64,000 nucleotides of DNA. It comes from an uncultured Actinomycetota bacterium. GTDB taxonomy: Bacteria; Actinomycetota; Actinomycetes; Actinomycetales; CAWJMD01. The stretch's first letter is position 1; the number at the start of each line of letters is the position of its first letter. Positions 40,907-51,059 of the stretch are shown here, one piece after another. The translations under genes were made by a program, and so were the position numbers. The stretch covers positions 254,603-318,602 of the forward strand of contig CAWIED010000002.1 in NCBI GenBank assembly GCA_963835085.1, written 5' to 3'. The notes below the pieces were generated by a model. The model ran no database searches, was not told the DNA's origin, and saw only the letters and a list, made by a program, of their open reading frames with translations.

Positions 40907-41070
40907 GCACGATGCAGGTCTGCAACGATCGTGGCCGGCCACACGTCCTGATGCTGTCGGCGCCGGGCCGAGATCCTGCCGGAGGCCAAGAATCCAGCGC
41001 ATAAGTTCGTCCGCTCCGCCTACAGCGCGTGCGAACAATTCGACCCCAACAGGCGGCTTCACCGCATAGC

Positions 41071-41616
41071 TCAACTAGTATTGCGCATTGCCCGCTCTAG
41101 TTCATCCAGATCGTGCGGTCGCAGTGGATCGAGGTCGTAATACTCCCCGCCTATCAGCGTCGAGAAAATGATCCCGTTGAGGTCGGTATCCCTGGCGGCG
41201 AGGGCGATGTCGACGTGAGGGGATTGAACCACTGCGAACGTGAAAGGGTGAGTTGCTGCGGTGAATCCTGACAGAGACTGCTCGTCAAAGATCCATGTTG
41301 CAGGCGTCCACCGCAGTGACTCGGAAAATGTGGTTGGATCGTATCGGTTGTCACCTGCGAGTGCCTCAGATCGGATAGCCAGAACCGCGCAGTCTGTTCG
41401 TACCATCGCCGCGTCGCCGCGGTGACGATAGCTGGCGCACAACATGGTCTTGCCCTTGGCAGAGAAGCCCAAGCTGACCTGTTCCGCAGGCTTACCAGGT
41501 TCACCATCAAATCCAGCGAACCAACGAACAGCAGGGGTAGCGCGCTCATCGGCCAGGCGAACCTCCACGATCGCGTGCTGGGGAGGCACGTACCATGGCG
41601 CGTGGGGCGTACTCAT
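41071..41616 (-). CDS. Hypothetical protein (181 aa), coupled to the upstream secreted protein
   Basis: Clean ORF in a lower-GC patch; ATGA overlap. Confidence 0.65.
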   Translation of the reverse strand: MSTPHAPWYVPPQHAIVEVRLADERATPAVRWFAGFDGEPGKPAEQVSLGFSAKGKTMLCASYRHRGDAAMVRTDCAVLAIRSEALAGDNRYDPTTFSESLRWTPATWIFDEQSLSGFTAATHPFTFAVVQSPHVDIALAARDTDLNGIIFSTLIGGEYYDLDPLRPHDLDELERAMRNTS

Positions 41617-41987
41617 GCTGTATAAGTGCTACTGCAGTAGGTATAGGTTGAGTTGCTGTTGAGCAGGGATACCTGGATTTGGTGGTGAGTTGAATTGGCA
41701 CTAATCCAGAAATTCGCTCCATTATAAGAGCTGGCGTTCACGGTTTGGGTGGTTGACGTTCCGATCACCCCCGCAGACGCAAGGCCGTACCCTGAGAACC
41801 ACCGACTGATGTCGCTGCCAAGCGCGATAATGTGAACTTGGTTTCCTGATCGAGTCAGGTGAAAGGTCGATCCACATGACGGGGGCGGCGCCATCGGGGA
41901 AGCCTCTGCTGACCCGGCCGCGCAGGTTGCACCGAGGACGAGGGAGACCATTACAGTCAGAACTGAAGATCGAAAAGGCGTGTGCAT
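41613..41987 (-). CDS. Small secreted Ser/Thr/Asn-rich protein
   Basis: Signal peptide ..VLTVMVSLVLGATCAAGSAEA; Cys near both ends of the mature part. Confidence 0.65.
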   Translation of the reverse strand: MHTPFRSSVLTVMVSLVLGATCAAGSAEASPMAPPPSCGSTFHLTRSGNQVHIIALGSDISRWFSGYGLASAGVIGTSTTQTVNASSYNGANFWISANSTHHQIQVSLLNSNSTYTYCSSTYTA

Positions 41988-42085
41988 GGATAGAACCTTC
42001 CATGATAGCGAGAACATTGATCCGAGGGACTGTAACCCAATTTTGGGCGCAGCGTCAAGGACTACCTGGCTCTCATTACGCCAAT

Positions 42086-42977
42086 GAGGGTTATTCAGGC
42101 GGTGGCCCAGAAGTGTAGGGCGATGGCTGTGGAGATGGTTTCTGTGAAGGTGTTGAGTGGTCGCCGGTATTCGGTGTGCAGGATTCGCCAGGTTTTGACG
42201 TGGGTGATGACGCGTTCGATGGTGGCGCGGGTGGTGTTGATCTGCTGGTTAAACTCTTTTTCCCAGTCGAGGAGTTCGCGGTGTTCCGGCTTTTTGATTG
42301 GTGTGATGATGCCGCGCCCGACGTAGCCTTTGTCACCGAACCAGTTGGAAGGGTCCATGCCGGTCAGGGCAGCGGAGACGTCCAGACAGTGCACGTCGTG
42401 GCGGGACCCCTCGACGGGGTCGGAGATCCACATCAGGGTCCCGGACAGGGTCGCGGCGACCTGGACGTTCATCCCGGTGGTCTTGTGTTTGCCGGAGTAC
42501 AGTTCGCGGTGCCCGGCCCAGGACCAGCACGGCAACAGTGTCCCGTCGATGAGGTACTGGCCCTTCGCGTGGAGGTCGTCGGCGGTCGGCACACAGTCAC
42601 GCAGGGCGGCCTCGATCTTCGGTGTCATCCGGGTGACGGCCCGGCTAATGGTGGGCTGGGACACCTCGAATGCCTCGGCGATCTCGGCCTGGACGCGGTT
42701 GCGGCGCAGGTAGGTCAACGCCACTTTCACCGACGCGTATAGACCAAGACTGGGCGGCCGGTTCCTCAACCGGCGTGTCCCGCTAGATCATCACGCACAG
42801 TTCCTGGATTTCGTCGCGATACAGTCCGGTGGTATTCGTCATGACAGGTGGCCCGCTCCTGATAGGACTGTTTCTCAACAATCCAATTCTTTCAGGAAAC
42901 GGGTCACCGTCTTATTCGACACGCTACCCGGGAGCGAGCTATTTCACTAGCTCAGTTCCGACCCGTGAATAATTCTC
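42086..42977 (-). mobile_element. IS5-family element with degraded transposase (42095-42842)
   Basis: VSQPTISR HTH, LIDGT, YSGKHK, GDKGY, RATIERVITHVK; early TAG; imperfect ends GAGGGTTATTCA / TGAATAATTCTC. Confidence 0.8.
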
Positions 42978-43166
42978 TATACATTTAAGTAATCCAGTGA
43001 ACAAGAGCGAGGTGGTCATGTTTAAAAGAAATGGCGGCGTACCGGCAGGCGGCATTCATGGTGGCATTTACCTCCGATGCGACGGAATTGGGTCTGCATC
43101 CGACAATCTCGTTGGGGTGAAGGCAGTTGGTGTTGCAGAGAACGTGCGTCGATCGGCGATGGGGCT

Positions 43167-43427
43167 ATGATTGCCCGGTTTCGGCGCGACGGAGTCGATC
43201 TCGAACTCACCATAGCCGAATACGACTTTCTGTACCTCACGCTGACCCATGTGCTCTACGGGATCACTATTGCTGATCACGACTTCGCCAACATCTTGGG
43301 CATGGGCCGCGCGGACGCCGAGGCGTTGATGGACAGCCTCATGGAGACTGAACGGATTGCGCGTTCCCGGGAAGAGCATTGGAATCCCCACCCGCCCGTC
43401 GCGGAGTTCCCGGGCGACCCGAAGTAG
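43167..43427 (+). CDS. Small hypothetical protein (orphan immunity-like)
   Basis: 86-aa acidic ORF in the island; function inferred from context only. Confidence 0.45.
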   Translation: MIARFRRDGVDLELTIAEYDFLYLTLTHVLYGITIADHDFANILGMGRADAEALMDSLMETERIARSREEHWNPHPPVAEFPGDPK

Positions 43428-43955
43428 GGCTTGGATCCGTACTCGAATTACTTCGGAGACCACTGCACGACAAACATGTTCCGTTGGGGGCTGCGTGAAC
43501 GTGCTTTACGTCCTGATATGGTGAGTGGTAACGCCTGTTCCAAGGGGTAGGTAGATGTCGATATCAGTAATAATTCACCCCGAGAGGGGATGGGCATTCG
43601 TCAGCTGGACGTGTTCTATCGGCGGCCAGAGGCTGCGTGAGACGCCGCTCGTAACCCGAGTCAGGAGACCGACCCAGCTCGGTGATGATCTCGGCGACGG
43701 ACAAATTCCTGCTCTGCACAACAAGCTCTGCCCTCAGCATGAGCTGACACGGGTCGGCGTCATAGTTGAGCCATCCTGTCGGAGAGGCGAGCCAGCGCCC
43801 CTGACTCGGATCTCTCGGCCTGGAAACAATGTTCCTCGTCAGCATTGTCCGTGATCGGCAGCCGGTCATCGTCGTGGATGGCGCAACCGCGTGCCAGCAG
43901 GACCTACGTCCCAGCCAACCGCCGGAGGACCAGAGCGAACCGGTACCGTCCTGGG

Positions 43956-45023
43956 GTGTGGTCGGCCTGGTGGGGCGAACGGCTGGCGAGTGGTCTCGTG
44001 GAGACCGTCGATCTCGCTAGCACGCCCGACGTGTTGGATCGGGGCGGCTGGTGGGCGGTGGTGATCGACTTCGAGTATCCCTCGGCCGGCCGCGCGCGGG
44101 CCTGGCGGTTTGCCGACGTGCGCGCCGCGCCGCTTCCGCAGGTGCCGGGCTACCGCGCATCGACCGGCATCTGGTCGAGCTCGCTGCTGCAGCACGAATA
44201 CACCGCGGGCGTGCGGACGATTCGCGAGTTGGTGCGCCAGGGTGAGGTGTACCAGGCCAACCTCTGCCGGGTGCTCAGCTCGCCGCTCGAGCGCGCGGGG
44301 CCGCAACTGCCATGGCAGCTCGCCACCCGGCTCGCGGCAGGGAATCCCGCGCCCTACGCGGGCGTGCTCGACGTGCCCGAGCTCTGTCTGGTCAGCGCCT
44401 CACCGGAGCTCTTCCTGCGGCGAGCCGGCGACCTGCTCACCTCGGGGCCCATCAAGGGCACAGCCACCTCTGCCGAGCTTCTGCTCGAGAAGGACATCGC
44501 CGAGAACGTCATGATCACCGACCTCGTGCGCAACGACCTGCAACGGGTGTGCCGGCCGGGCACGGTCGCCGTCCCGTCGTTGCTCGCCGTGGAGCAGCAT
44601 CCCGGCCTGGTGCATCTGGTGACGACCATCCAGGGCCGGCTCGTGCCGGGAGCGTCGTGGGCGGAGATCTTGCAGGCGCTCTGCCCGCCCGGGTCGGTGT
44701 CCGGGGCGCCGAAAGTGACTGCGCTGCAGGCGATCGAACGGCTCGAATCCGTGCCGCGGGGGCCCTACTGCGGCGCTGTCGGCTGGATCGACGCCGACAC
44801 TGGCACGGCCGAACTGGCGGTCGGCATCAGGACGTTCTGGGTCGACCGCGAGGAGTCTTCCCCAGTGCTGCGGTTCGGCACGGGGGCCGGCATCACGTGG
44901 GGCTCCGACCCCGAGGCGGAGTGGGAGGAGACCGAGCTCAAGGCCCGTCGGTTGGTGGGGTTGGCGTCTGGGCGTCGGCCTCGTGCGAACACGCCCGAAA
45001 GGAGTGGTCATGACCACCGATAG
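43956..45023 (+). CDS. pabB: Chorismate-binding protein (aminodeoxychorismate synthase / anthranilate synthase component I family)
   Basis: GEVYQANL, SASPELFL, PIKGT, AENVMITDLVRNDL, SVSGAPK; start uncertain; next to a PabC-like gene. Confidence 0.82.
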   Translation: MWSAWWGERLASGLVETVDLASTPDVLDRGGWWAVVIDFEYPSAGRARAWRFADVRAAPLPQVPGYRASTGIWSSSLLQHEYTAGVRTIRELVRQGEVYQANLCRVLSSPLERAGPQLPWQLATRLAAGNPAPYAGVLDVPELCLVSASPELFLRRAGDLLTSGPIKGTATSAELLLEKDIAENVMITDLVRNDLQRVCRPGTVAVPSLLAVEQHPGLVHLVTTIQGRLVPGASWAEILQALCPPGSVSGAPKVTALQAIERLESVPRGPYCGAVGWIDADTGTAELAVGIRTFWVDREESSPVLRFGTGAGITWGSDPEAEWEETELKARRLVGLASGRRPRANTPERSGHDHR

Positions 45024-45822
45024 AGCAGTGTCGTGGGTTGACGGAGTGCTGTCCCGCGATCCGCGCGTCTCCGTGCTCGATGCCGGATTCACCTCTGGGC
45101 GTGGAGTTTTCGAGACCCTGAGCGTGATCGACCAGGTTGCCCTGCGGCTCGAGCGCCACCTCGATCGGCTGGCGCTCAGCGCTCCTCGGTTAGGTATCGA
45201 CCTGCCGGAACGGGCTGCGGTGCACGCCGGGGTTCAGGCGGTGCTCTCAGGATGGGGGCCTGCACCGGGCCGGCTTCGGATCACCCTGACTGCGGGCACC
45301 GACCGTCCCACGCTGGCGATCACGCTGGCGCCGGCACCGCCGCCCGTCACTGCCATGAAGGTGGTGACCGCACCCTGGGTTCGCAACGAACGCTCACCTC
45401 TGGCGGGGATCAAGTCGACGTCCTACGCCGAGAACCTGCTCACGCTCGGCTGGGCACACCAGCGGGGAGCAGACGAGGCCCTGCTCGCCGACACCCGGGG
45501 GTACCTCAGCGAGGGCACCTTCACCAACGTGTTCGTCGTCCTCGAAGGCCGTGTGCTCACACCCGCGCTAGCGTGCGGCTGTCTGCCCGGCATCATGCGC
45601 GCCTTGGTGCTGGAGGCGTCTGCCGCAGCGGGCTGCCCGGCCCAGGAGGCGGAGCTGCCGCTGGCAGTGCTGGCCCAGGCGGAGGAGGTCTTCCTTACCA
45701 ATTCGCTGCGTGGGGTCATTCCCGTCGGTTCCCTCGACGGCCGGCCTCTGCCCGTGCTCGGACGACGGACGACAGAGATACAGCACCAGATTTCGGCCAT
45801 GCCGGACTCTTCCACCCAGTAG
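45010..45822 (+). CDS. pabC: Class IV PLP aminotransferase / 4-amino-4-deoxychorismate lyase
   Basis: GRGVFET, KSTSYAEN, EGTFTNVF, CLPGIMR. Confidence 0.82.
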   Translation: MTTDRAVSWVDGVLSRDPRVSVLDAGFTSGRGVFETLSVIDQVALRLERHLDRLALSAPRLGIDLPERAAVHAGVQAVLSGWGPAPGRLRITLTAGTDRPTLAITLAPAPPPVTAMKVVTAPWVRNERSPLAGIKSTSYAENLLTLGWAHQRGADEALLADTRGYLSEGTFTNVFVVLEGRVLTPALACGCLPGIMRALVLEASAAAGCPAQEAELPLAVLAQAEEVFLTNSLRGVIPVGSLDGRPLPVLGRRTTEIQHQISAMPDSSTQ

Positions 45823-45895
45823 CAGCTTGCGGGCTGTCTCGGTATACCTCGCGACAGAGTGGTGGACACGCCCGGGAATCAATAGGAGGAGACGT

Positions 45896-46954
45896 ATGTC
45901 CAAGGTCCGTATTGCCGTCGCCGGCGCCGGTTTGATCGGCCAGCGTCACGCCGAGGAGATCGCCAAGTCTGACGTGGCCGTGCTGGCGTCGTTCGTCGAC
46001 CCCTTCGCGGCTGCCCAGGAGGTGGCTGACCAATATGGCGTGCCCCGCTACGACTCGCTGGCAGAGCTGTTCGCGACCGATCGGCCAGACGGCGTCATCC
46101 TCGCCACGCCCAACCAGCTGCACGTCGAGGGCGGCCTGGAGTGCATCGCCGCCGGCATGCCGGTGATCGTGGAGAAGCCGCTCGGCGACAGCGCCGAAGG
46201 TGCCCGTCGGCTGGTGGAGGCCGCGGCCGAGGCAGGGGTGCCGCTGCTCACCGGACACCACCGCAACTACTCCGCCGTCATGGCCAAGGCCCGCGAGCTC
46301 GTCTCCTCCGGCGTGCTGGGACGGCTGGTGGGCGTCGTGGGGCAAGCCACCTTCTACAAGCCTGACGACTACTACGACGTCGGTGGCGGCTGGCGCCGCA
46401 AGCCAGGCGGCGGCCCGATTTTGCTAAACCTCACCCACGAGGTGAACAACCTGATGGCGTTGTGCGGCGACATCGTGTCGGTGCAGGCCACCACGTCGAA
46501 CGCCACCCGCGGCTTCGAGGTCGAAGACACCGCGGCCATCGTCCTGGAGTTCGCGAGCGGGGCGCTCGGCACCTTCATGCTCTCCGACACTGCCGCCAGC
46601 CCGCGCTCGTGGGAGCAGACCTCGGGCGAGAACAAGTCCTACGCCAGCTACCCCGATGAGGACTGTTACCACCTGTTCGGCACCAAGGGGTCGCTGTCGA
46701 TTCCGACGATGCGGCTGAAGACCTACCCCGGCAAGCAGTCCTGGTGGAGCCCGACCGACGACGCCACGATCGAGCTCACGGTGGAAGACCCGCTGGCCAA
46801 TCAGGTGGTGCACTTCGCCGCGGTGATCAAGGGCGAGGCAACCCCCATCTGCTCGGGTCAGGATGGCTTGAACACCCTGCTGGTGTGTGACGCGGTGGTA
46901 AAGGCGGCGAGCACGGGCGAACGCGTTGAAACGGGCGTGCTGCCCCGCACCTGA
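45896..46954 (+). CDS. Gfo/Idh/MocA family oxidoreductase
   Basis: GAGLIG, ATPNQLH, VEKP, GGGPIL; RBS AGGAGG. Confidence 0.92.
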   Translation: MSKVRIAVAGAGLIGQRHAEEIAKSDVAVLASFVDPFAAAQEVADQYGVPRYDSLAELFATDRPDGVILATPNQLHVEGGLECIAAGMPVIVEKPLGDSAEGARRLVEAAAEAGVPLLTGHHRNYSAVMAKARELVSSGVLGRLVGVVGQATFYKPDDYYDVGGGWRRKPGGGPILLNLTHEVNNLMALCGDIVSVQATTSNATRGFEVEDTAAIVLEFASGALGTFMLSDTAASPRSWEQTSGENKSYASYPDEDCYHLFGTKGSLSIPTMRLKTYPGKQSWWSPTDDATIELTVEDPLANQVVHFAAVIKGEATPICSGQDGLNTLLVCDAVVKAASTGERVETGVLPRT

Positions 46955-47295
46955 CAACCGGGACTTTAGTGTGATCTAAGTCACGCTGAATCGTCCGACT
47001 TGCCCCGGTCGCGCCAGCTATGGAAGTTTCGCTGGCCGGAGGTCGGAATGCTCGCGCGAGCAAAGTTGCCAGCCTCTGATGGCAACGAGTCCGTTGCGAG
47101 ACAAGCGATTCCGTTACAGTCCCGTAACGTTGTCGTGACCTTCGGCCCGCTGTTCTGGGGCCGCGCAACAACCTGAAAACGACTGCATGACAAAGGTGTG
47201 TCGCAAACGCAGGCATTTGGCAGGCGCTGCTAGCCGCCCTAGTGTTTCAGTCGCTCGGCCATCCGGCCGGGTGTGAAACGCACAGAACTGCCGCG

Positions 47296-47470
47296 CCCGC
47301 AGCGCCGAGCCTCACCATTCGCGGGCGTCTCGTCCGGACCGTCCGGAGGCATGGTGAGGACGGAGAACCCAATGGTCGGGCCTTTACGCCCCGATCTGGG
47401 GTGAAGCCGCCCGATGGGCGGCCGGGCACCTGACAGCCCGAACCCGTCAGCTAACTCCGCAGGCGCCAGT
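47296..47470 (+). ncRNA. c-di-AMP riboswitch (ydaO/yuaA class)
   Basis: GCCGAG..GGAGAACCC..GGGGTGAAG..GCCGGGC..CAGCCCGAACCCGTCAGCTAACTCCGCAGGCG directly upstream of rpf. Confidence 0.9.
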
Positions 47471-47491
47471 CAGGAAAGGGTTCTTTCTTCC

Positions 47492-48094
47492 ATGTCTTCA
47501 CGCCTCACTGTCGCACGCCGTTCACTGCGTACCCGCCTCGCCGGCGTGGCTGTCGCCGGACTCGCCGTGATCGGCGCCGGCCTTGCAACCGCTCCTTCCG
47601 CTTCGGCCGCCAGCGTCTGGGACTCCGTCGCCCAGTGTGAGAGCGGCGGCAACTGGTCCATCGCCACCGGCAACGGCTACTACGGCGGCCTTCAGTTCTC
47701 CGCGGGCACCTGGCGTGCCTACGGCGGCGGCGCCTACGCGGCAACCGCCAACAAGGCCTCGCGCGCTCAGCAGATCGCCATTGCGCAGAAGGTGCTCGCC
47801 GGGCAGGGCCCGGGCGCCTGGCCCGCCTGTGGGCGCAAGGCCGGTCTCACCCGGGCCAACGGTGGGGCGGCCGTCGCTGCTCCCGCCCCTGCTGCCAAGG
47901 CTCCCGCTGCCAAGGCCCCCGCTGCCAAGGCTCCTGCTGGCGCGGCCGGTACGTACACCGTTAAGCGCGGCGACACGCTGTCCCACATCGCCAGCAGGTA
48001 CCACGTGGCCGGCGGCTACCGGGCCCTGGCCGCCCACAACGGCATCAGCAACCCGAACGCCATCTCGGTGGGTCAGGTGCTGCGGCTCAGCTGA
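47492..48094 (+). CDS. rpf: Resuscitation-promoting factor with LysM domain
   Basis: Signal peptide; [23 protein letters not shown]; [13 protein letters not shown]. Confidence 0.95.
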   Translation: MSSRLTVARRSLRTRLAGVAVAGLAVIGAGLATAPSASAASVWDSVAQCESGGNWSIATGNGYYGGLQFSAGTWRAYGGGAYAATANKASRAQQIAIAQKVLAGQGPGAWPACGRKAGLTRANGGAAVAAPAPAAKAPAAKAPAAKAPAGAAGTYTVKRGDTLSHIASRYHVAGGYRALAAHNGISNPNAISVGQVLRLS

Positions 48095-48109
48095 GCCTGA
48101 TCAGACCCG

Positions 48110-48147
48110 AGACAGGGCCGGACGCGAGATCGCGTCCGGCCCTGTCT
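48110..48147. terminator. Terminator hairpin between convergent genes
   Basis: AGACAGGGCCGGACGCG-AGAT-CGCGTCCGGCCCTGTCT. Confidence 0.8.
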
Positions 48148-48185
48148 GTCTGCAGGACTATGCCCGCCGGGACTTCCCAAGCCCG

Positions 48186-49259
48186 CTAAACCGCCACCGC
48201 CAGCGCCGGATCGCCCACCGGGCGCAGCCGGACACGGTCACCCGGGGCGAACCGGGAGACCGCCGAGGAGGGCACCTGCACGACGACGTCCTGGCCGTCG
48301 AGCGTGCGGGTGATCACCCGCCCGTGTGAGCCGAGGAAGCTGGCGCTGACCACCTCGGCATTGCCCGGGTCAGCAGGTTCCACGGTGATGGCCTCCGGTC
48401 GCACCAAAACTTCAACGACACCGTCGGTGGCCGAGCCGGCCAGCAGCGGCACCGGCACGTCGAGCACGGTCGCAGCTCCCTGCGACGCGTTGCCGCGCAA
48501 CCGGTTGGTCAACCCGACGAAGTCGGCGACGAATGCCGTGGCCGGCCGCGCGTAGAGCTCTTGGGGTGCCGCCAACTGCTCCAGGTTGCCGTCGCGCATC
48601 ACCCCCACCCGGTCGGCGACGGCCAGAGCCTCTTCCTGATCGTGCGTGACGAACAGCGTGGTGGTGCCCACGTCGAGCTGGATCCGGCGGATCTCGTCGC
48701 GCAGCTGCACCCGCACCTTGGCGTCGAGGGCCGACAGCGGCTCGTCCAACAGCAGCACCGCAGGACGGATGGCCAGCGCGCGAGCCAGCGCCACGCGCTG
48801 CTGCTGGCCACCGGACATCTGGTGGGCAAACCGGTCTGCCTGCGCCGACAGGCCCACGAGATCGAGCATGTCGCCGGCCCGCTGCCGTCGCTCCGCCGAG
48901 GCCACCTTGCGCAGCTGAAGCCCGAACTCCACGTTCTGCCGGGCCGTCATGTGTGGAAAGAGCGAGTACGCCTGAAACACCATGCCCATGCCGCGCTTGT
49001 TCGTCGGCACCAGGGTGAGGTCTTTGCCGCCGACCTCGATCGTGCCCGAATCGGCATCCTCCAGCCCGGCCAGGCAGCGCAGCGCAGTGGTCTTGCCGCA
49101 GCCGGACGGCCCGAGCAGGGCCACGAGCTCACCCGGCTTCAGGTGCAGCGTCAGCCCGGCGAGCGCCCGGACGGGACCGTAGGTGCGCACCAGATCGGTC
49201 AGCTCCACGCTGAGACCCTGTGCCGTGGGTGCCTCGCGGGATGCAGCAGTGCTACTCAT
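48186..49259 (-). CDS. ABC transporter ATP-binding protein (PotA/AfuC-like)
   Basis: GPSGCGKT, MSGGQQQR, LLLDEP, TOBE-like C-terminus. Confidence 0.95.
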   Translation of the reverse strand: MSSTAASREAPTAQGLSVELTDLVRTYGPVRALAGLTLHLKPGELVALLGPSGCGKTTALRCLAGLEDADSGTIEVGGKDLTLVPTNKRGMGMVFQAYSLFPHMTARQNVEFGLQLRKVASAERRQRAGDMLDLVGLSAQADRFAHQMSGGQQQRVALARALAIRPAVLLLDEPLSALDAKVRVQLRDEIRRIQLDVGTTTLFVTHDQEEALAVADRVGVMRDGNLEQLAAPQELYARPATAFVADFVGLTNRLRGNASQGAATVLDVPVPLLAGSATDGVVEVLVRPEAITVEPADPGNAEVVSASFLGSHGRVITRTLDGQDVVVQVPSSAVSRFAPGDRVRLRPVGDPALAVAV

Positions 49260-50146
49260 TCAGGACTCCTTGACGTGGCGCTGGAGGTGGCCGACTGCTT
49301 GCCAGAACCGCCTGAGCCTGCCCGGCTGCGCAACCGGGCGAACAGACCGCCGCCGCCGGCGTTGCCGACGAACGACATGGCGAACAAAATGGCGAACGCG
49401 AAGACCAGCGACGTCAGCCCGACGGCGACGGAGATCTGCCCGCTCGCCTGGGCGAGCTGGAACATTGCCACCTGCAGGTTGACGCGGTTGAACAGGTTGG
49501 CGATCGTGAACTCGCCGAGCACGAGCGCCACGGACAGGAAGGACGCCGACAGCACGGCGGTACGCAGGTTGGGCAGGATGATGCGCCACATCACGGTGAA
49601 CCACCCCGCGCCGAGCGAACGGGCGGCCTCCGACAGCGTCTTGACGTCGGTGGCGCGCAGCCCGGCGTCGATGGAGCGGTAGGCATACGGCAGCACGAGG
49701 ATGACGTAGGCGAACGACAGCCAGACCGCCGATTCACCGAGCAGATAGGTCACCCAGGCATAGATCGGGGTGAGCCCCACGACGAGCACGATGGCGGGGA
49801 TCGTCAGCGGCAGCAGACAGATGAACTCCACCGTGCGGCTCAGCTTCGGCAGCCGTAGCCGCACCCAGGTCATCGTCGGCACGAGCAGCACCAGCATGAC
49901 GACGACCGTCAGCACCGCCATCCAGATCGAGGTGACGATGCCCTGCGCGAGAACCGGGTACTGCTGGTTGAGGGCGCTGACGTTGAACAACGTGGCCCAG
50001 GTCTGCATCGTCCGGCCGCCGTCGGGCAGGTGGGTGGTGGCCTCGAGCATCCCGATCAGGGGTGCTGCGAAGAACACCATCACCAGGCCGATCACGATCC
50101 AGCGCAGCGCCGCCTGTTTGCGCCGAAAGCGCGCCCGCGTCTTCAC
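49256..50146 (-). CDS. ABC transporter permease
   Basis: TM helices, EAARSLGA. Confidence 0.92.
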   Translation of the reverse strand: MKTRARFRRKQAALRWIVIGLVMVFFAAPLIGMLEATTHLPDGGRTMQTWATLFNVSALNQQYPVLAQGIVTSIWMAVLTVVVMLVLLVPTMTWVRLRLPKLSRTVEFICLLPLTIPAIVLVVGLTPIYAWVTYLLGESAVWLSFAYVILVLPYAYRSIDAGLRATDVKTLSEAARSLGAGWFTVMWRIILPNLRTAVLSASFLSVALVLGEFTIANLFNRVNLQVAMFQLAQASGQISVAVGLTSLVFAFAILFAMSFVGNAGGGGLFARLRSRAGSGGSGKQSATSSATSRSPE

Positions 50147-51024
50147 CGGGTACCCAGCCAGACCGAGGCGCGGCGGTCGATCACCGCGTAGATGACCATC
50201 ACGACCGCCACCACGACGACCATGGCCAGGGCCATCGCATTGCCGATGTGGGCCTGGCCGAGGATGACCTCGGAGGAGAAGGTGCCGCCGATCTGCAGCG
50301 GCACGAGCGGTGAGGCCTGGGTGATCAGGGCCGCCGCCGTGGCGTAGGCGCTGAACGCATTGGTGAACAGCAGCAGCAGCGCGCCGATGAACGACGGCAT
50401 GAGGATCGGGATGCCGACCCGGCGCCAGTAGGTGAACGTGGAGCCGCCCAGGGTCTCGGTGGCCTCGCGCCACTGCGGCCGCAGGCCCTCCACGGCGGGC
50501 AGGAAGACGATGAGCATGAGCGGGATCTGGAAGTACAGGTAGACGAGCATGAGGCCCTGGTTCCACTCGTACAGCCACAGGGCGCTGTTGGTGTTGACCC
50601 CGGCCTTGACCAGCCACACGTTGAGGTAGCCGGTCATGCCGAACGAGGCCATGAACGCGAACGCCAGGGCCACGCCGCCGAACTGGGCCAGCACCCCGCA
50701 CAGCGAGGTGACGAACCGCTTGAGCACGCCGTCAGGCCTGGCGGTGGACACCGCGTACGCCAGCACGGCACCGACCACCGCGCCAACCACCGACGTCACG
50801 GCCGACAGGATGAGCGAGTGCTGCAAGGCACTGAGAAACGCGGGCTGGGTCAGTGCGCTGAGGTTGGCCAGCGTCGGACGGTTGTTGCCGTCGAGGAAGG
50901 CGCCGATGACCACCACCACGGTCGGGATGAGCAGAAAGACCGTGGTGTAGACGAAGAACGGGACGACCCCGGCAAGGGCGCCTACCTGGCGCCTGGACGC
51001 CCTTGCCGGAGTGGTGGTTGACAC
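50143..51024 (-). CDS. ABC transporter permease
   Basis: TM helices, EATETLGG. Confidence 0.92.
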   Translation of the reverse strand: MSTTTPARASRRQVGALAGVVPFFVYTTVFLLIPTVVVVIGAFLDGNNRPTLANLSALTQPAFLSALQHSLILSAVTSVVGAVVGAVLAYAVSTARPDGVLKRFVTSLCGVLAQFGGVALAFAFMASFGMTGYLNVWLVKAGVNTNSALWLYEWNQGLMLVYLYFQIPLMLIVFLPAVEGLRPQWREATETLGGSTFTYWRRVGIPILMPSFIGALLLLFTNAFSAYATAAALITQASPLVPLQIGGTFSSEVILGQAHIGNAMALAMVVVVAVVMVIYAVIDRRASVWLGTR

Positions 51025-51059
51025 TGAAACCCGGGCTGACTGGGTCGGCTAGCCGCTGG

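Noticed and set aside
47875-47940. 15-bp tandem repeat GCTGCCAAGGCTCCC
   Set aside because: Encodes the ordinary (AAKAP)n linker of Rpf.
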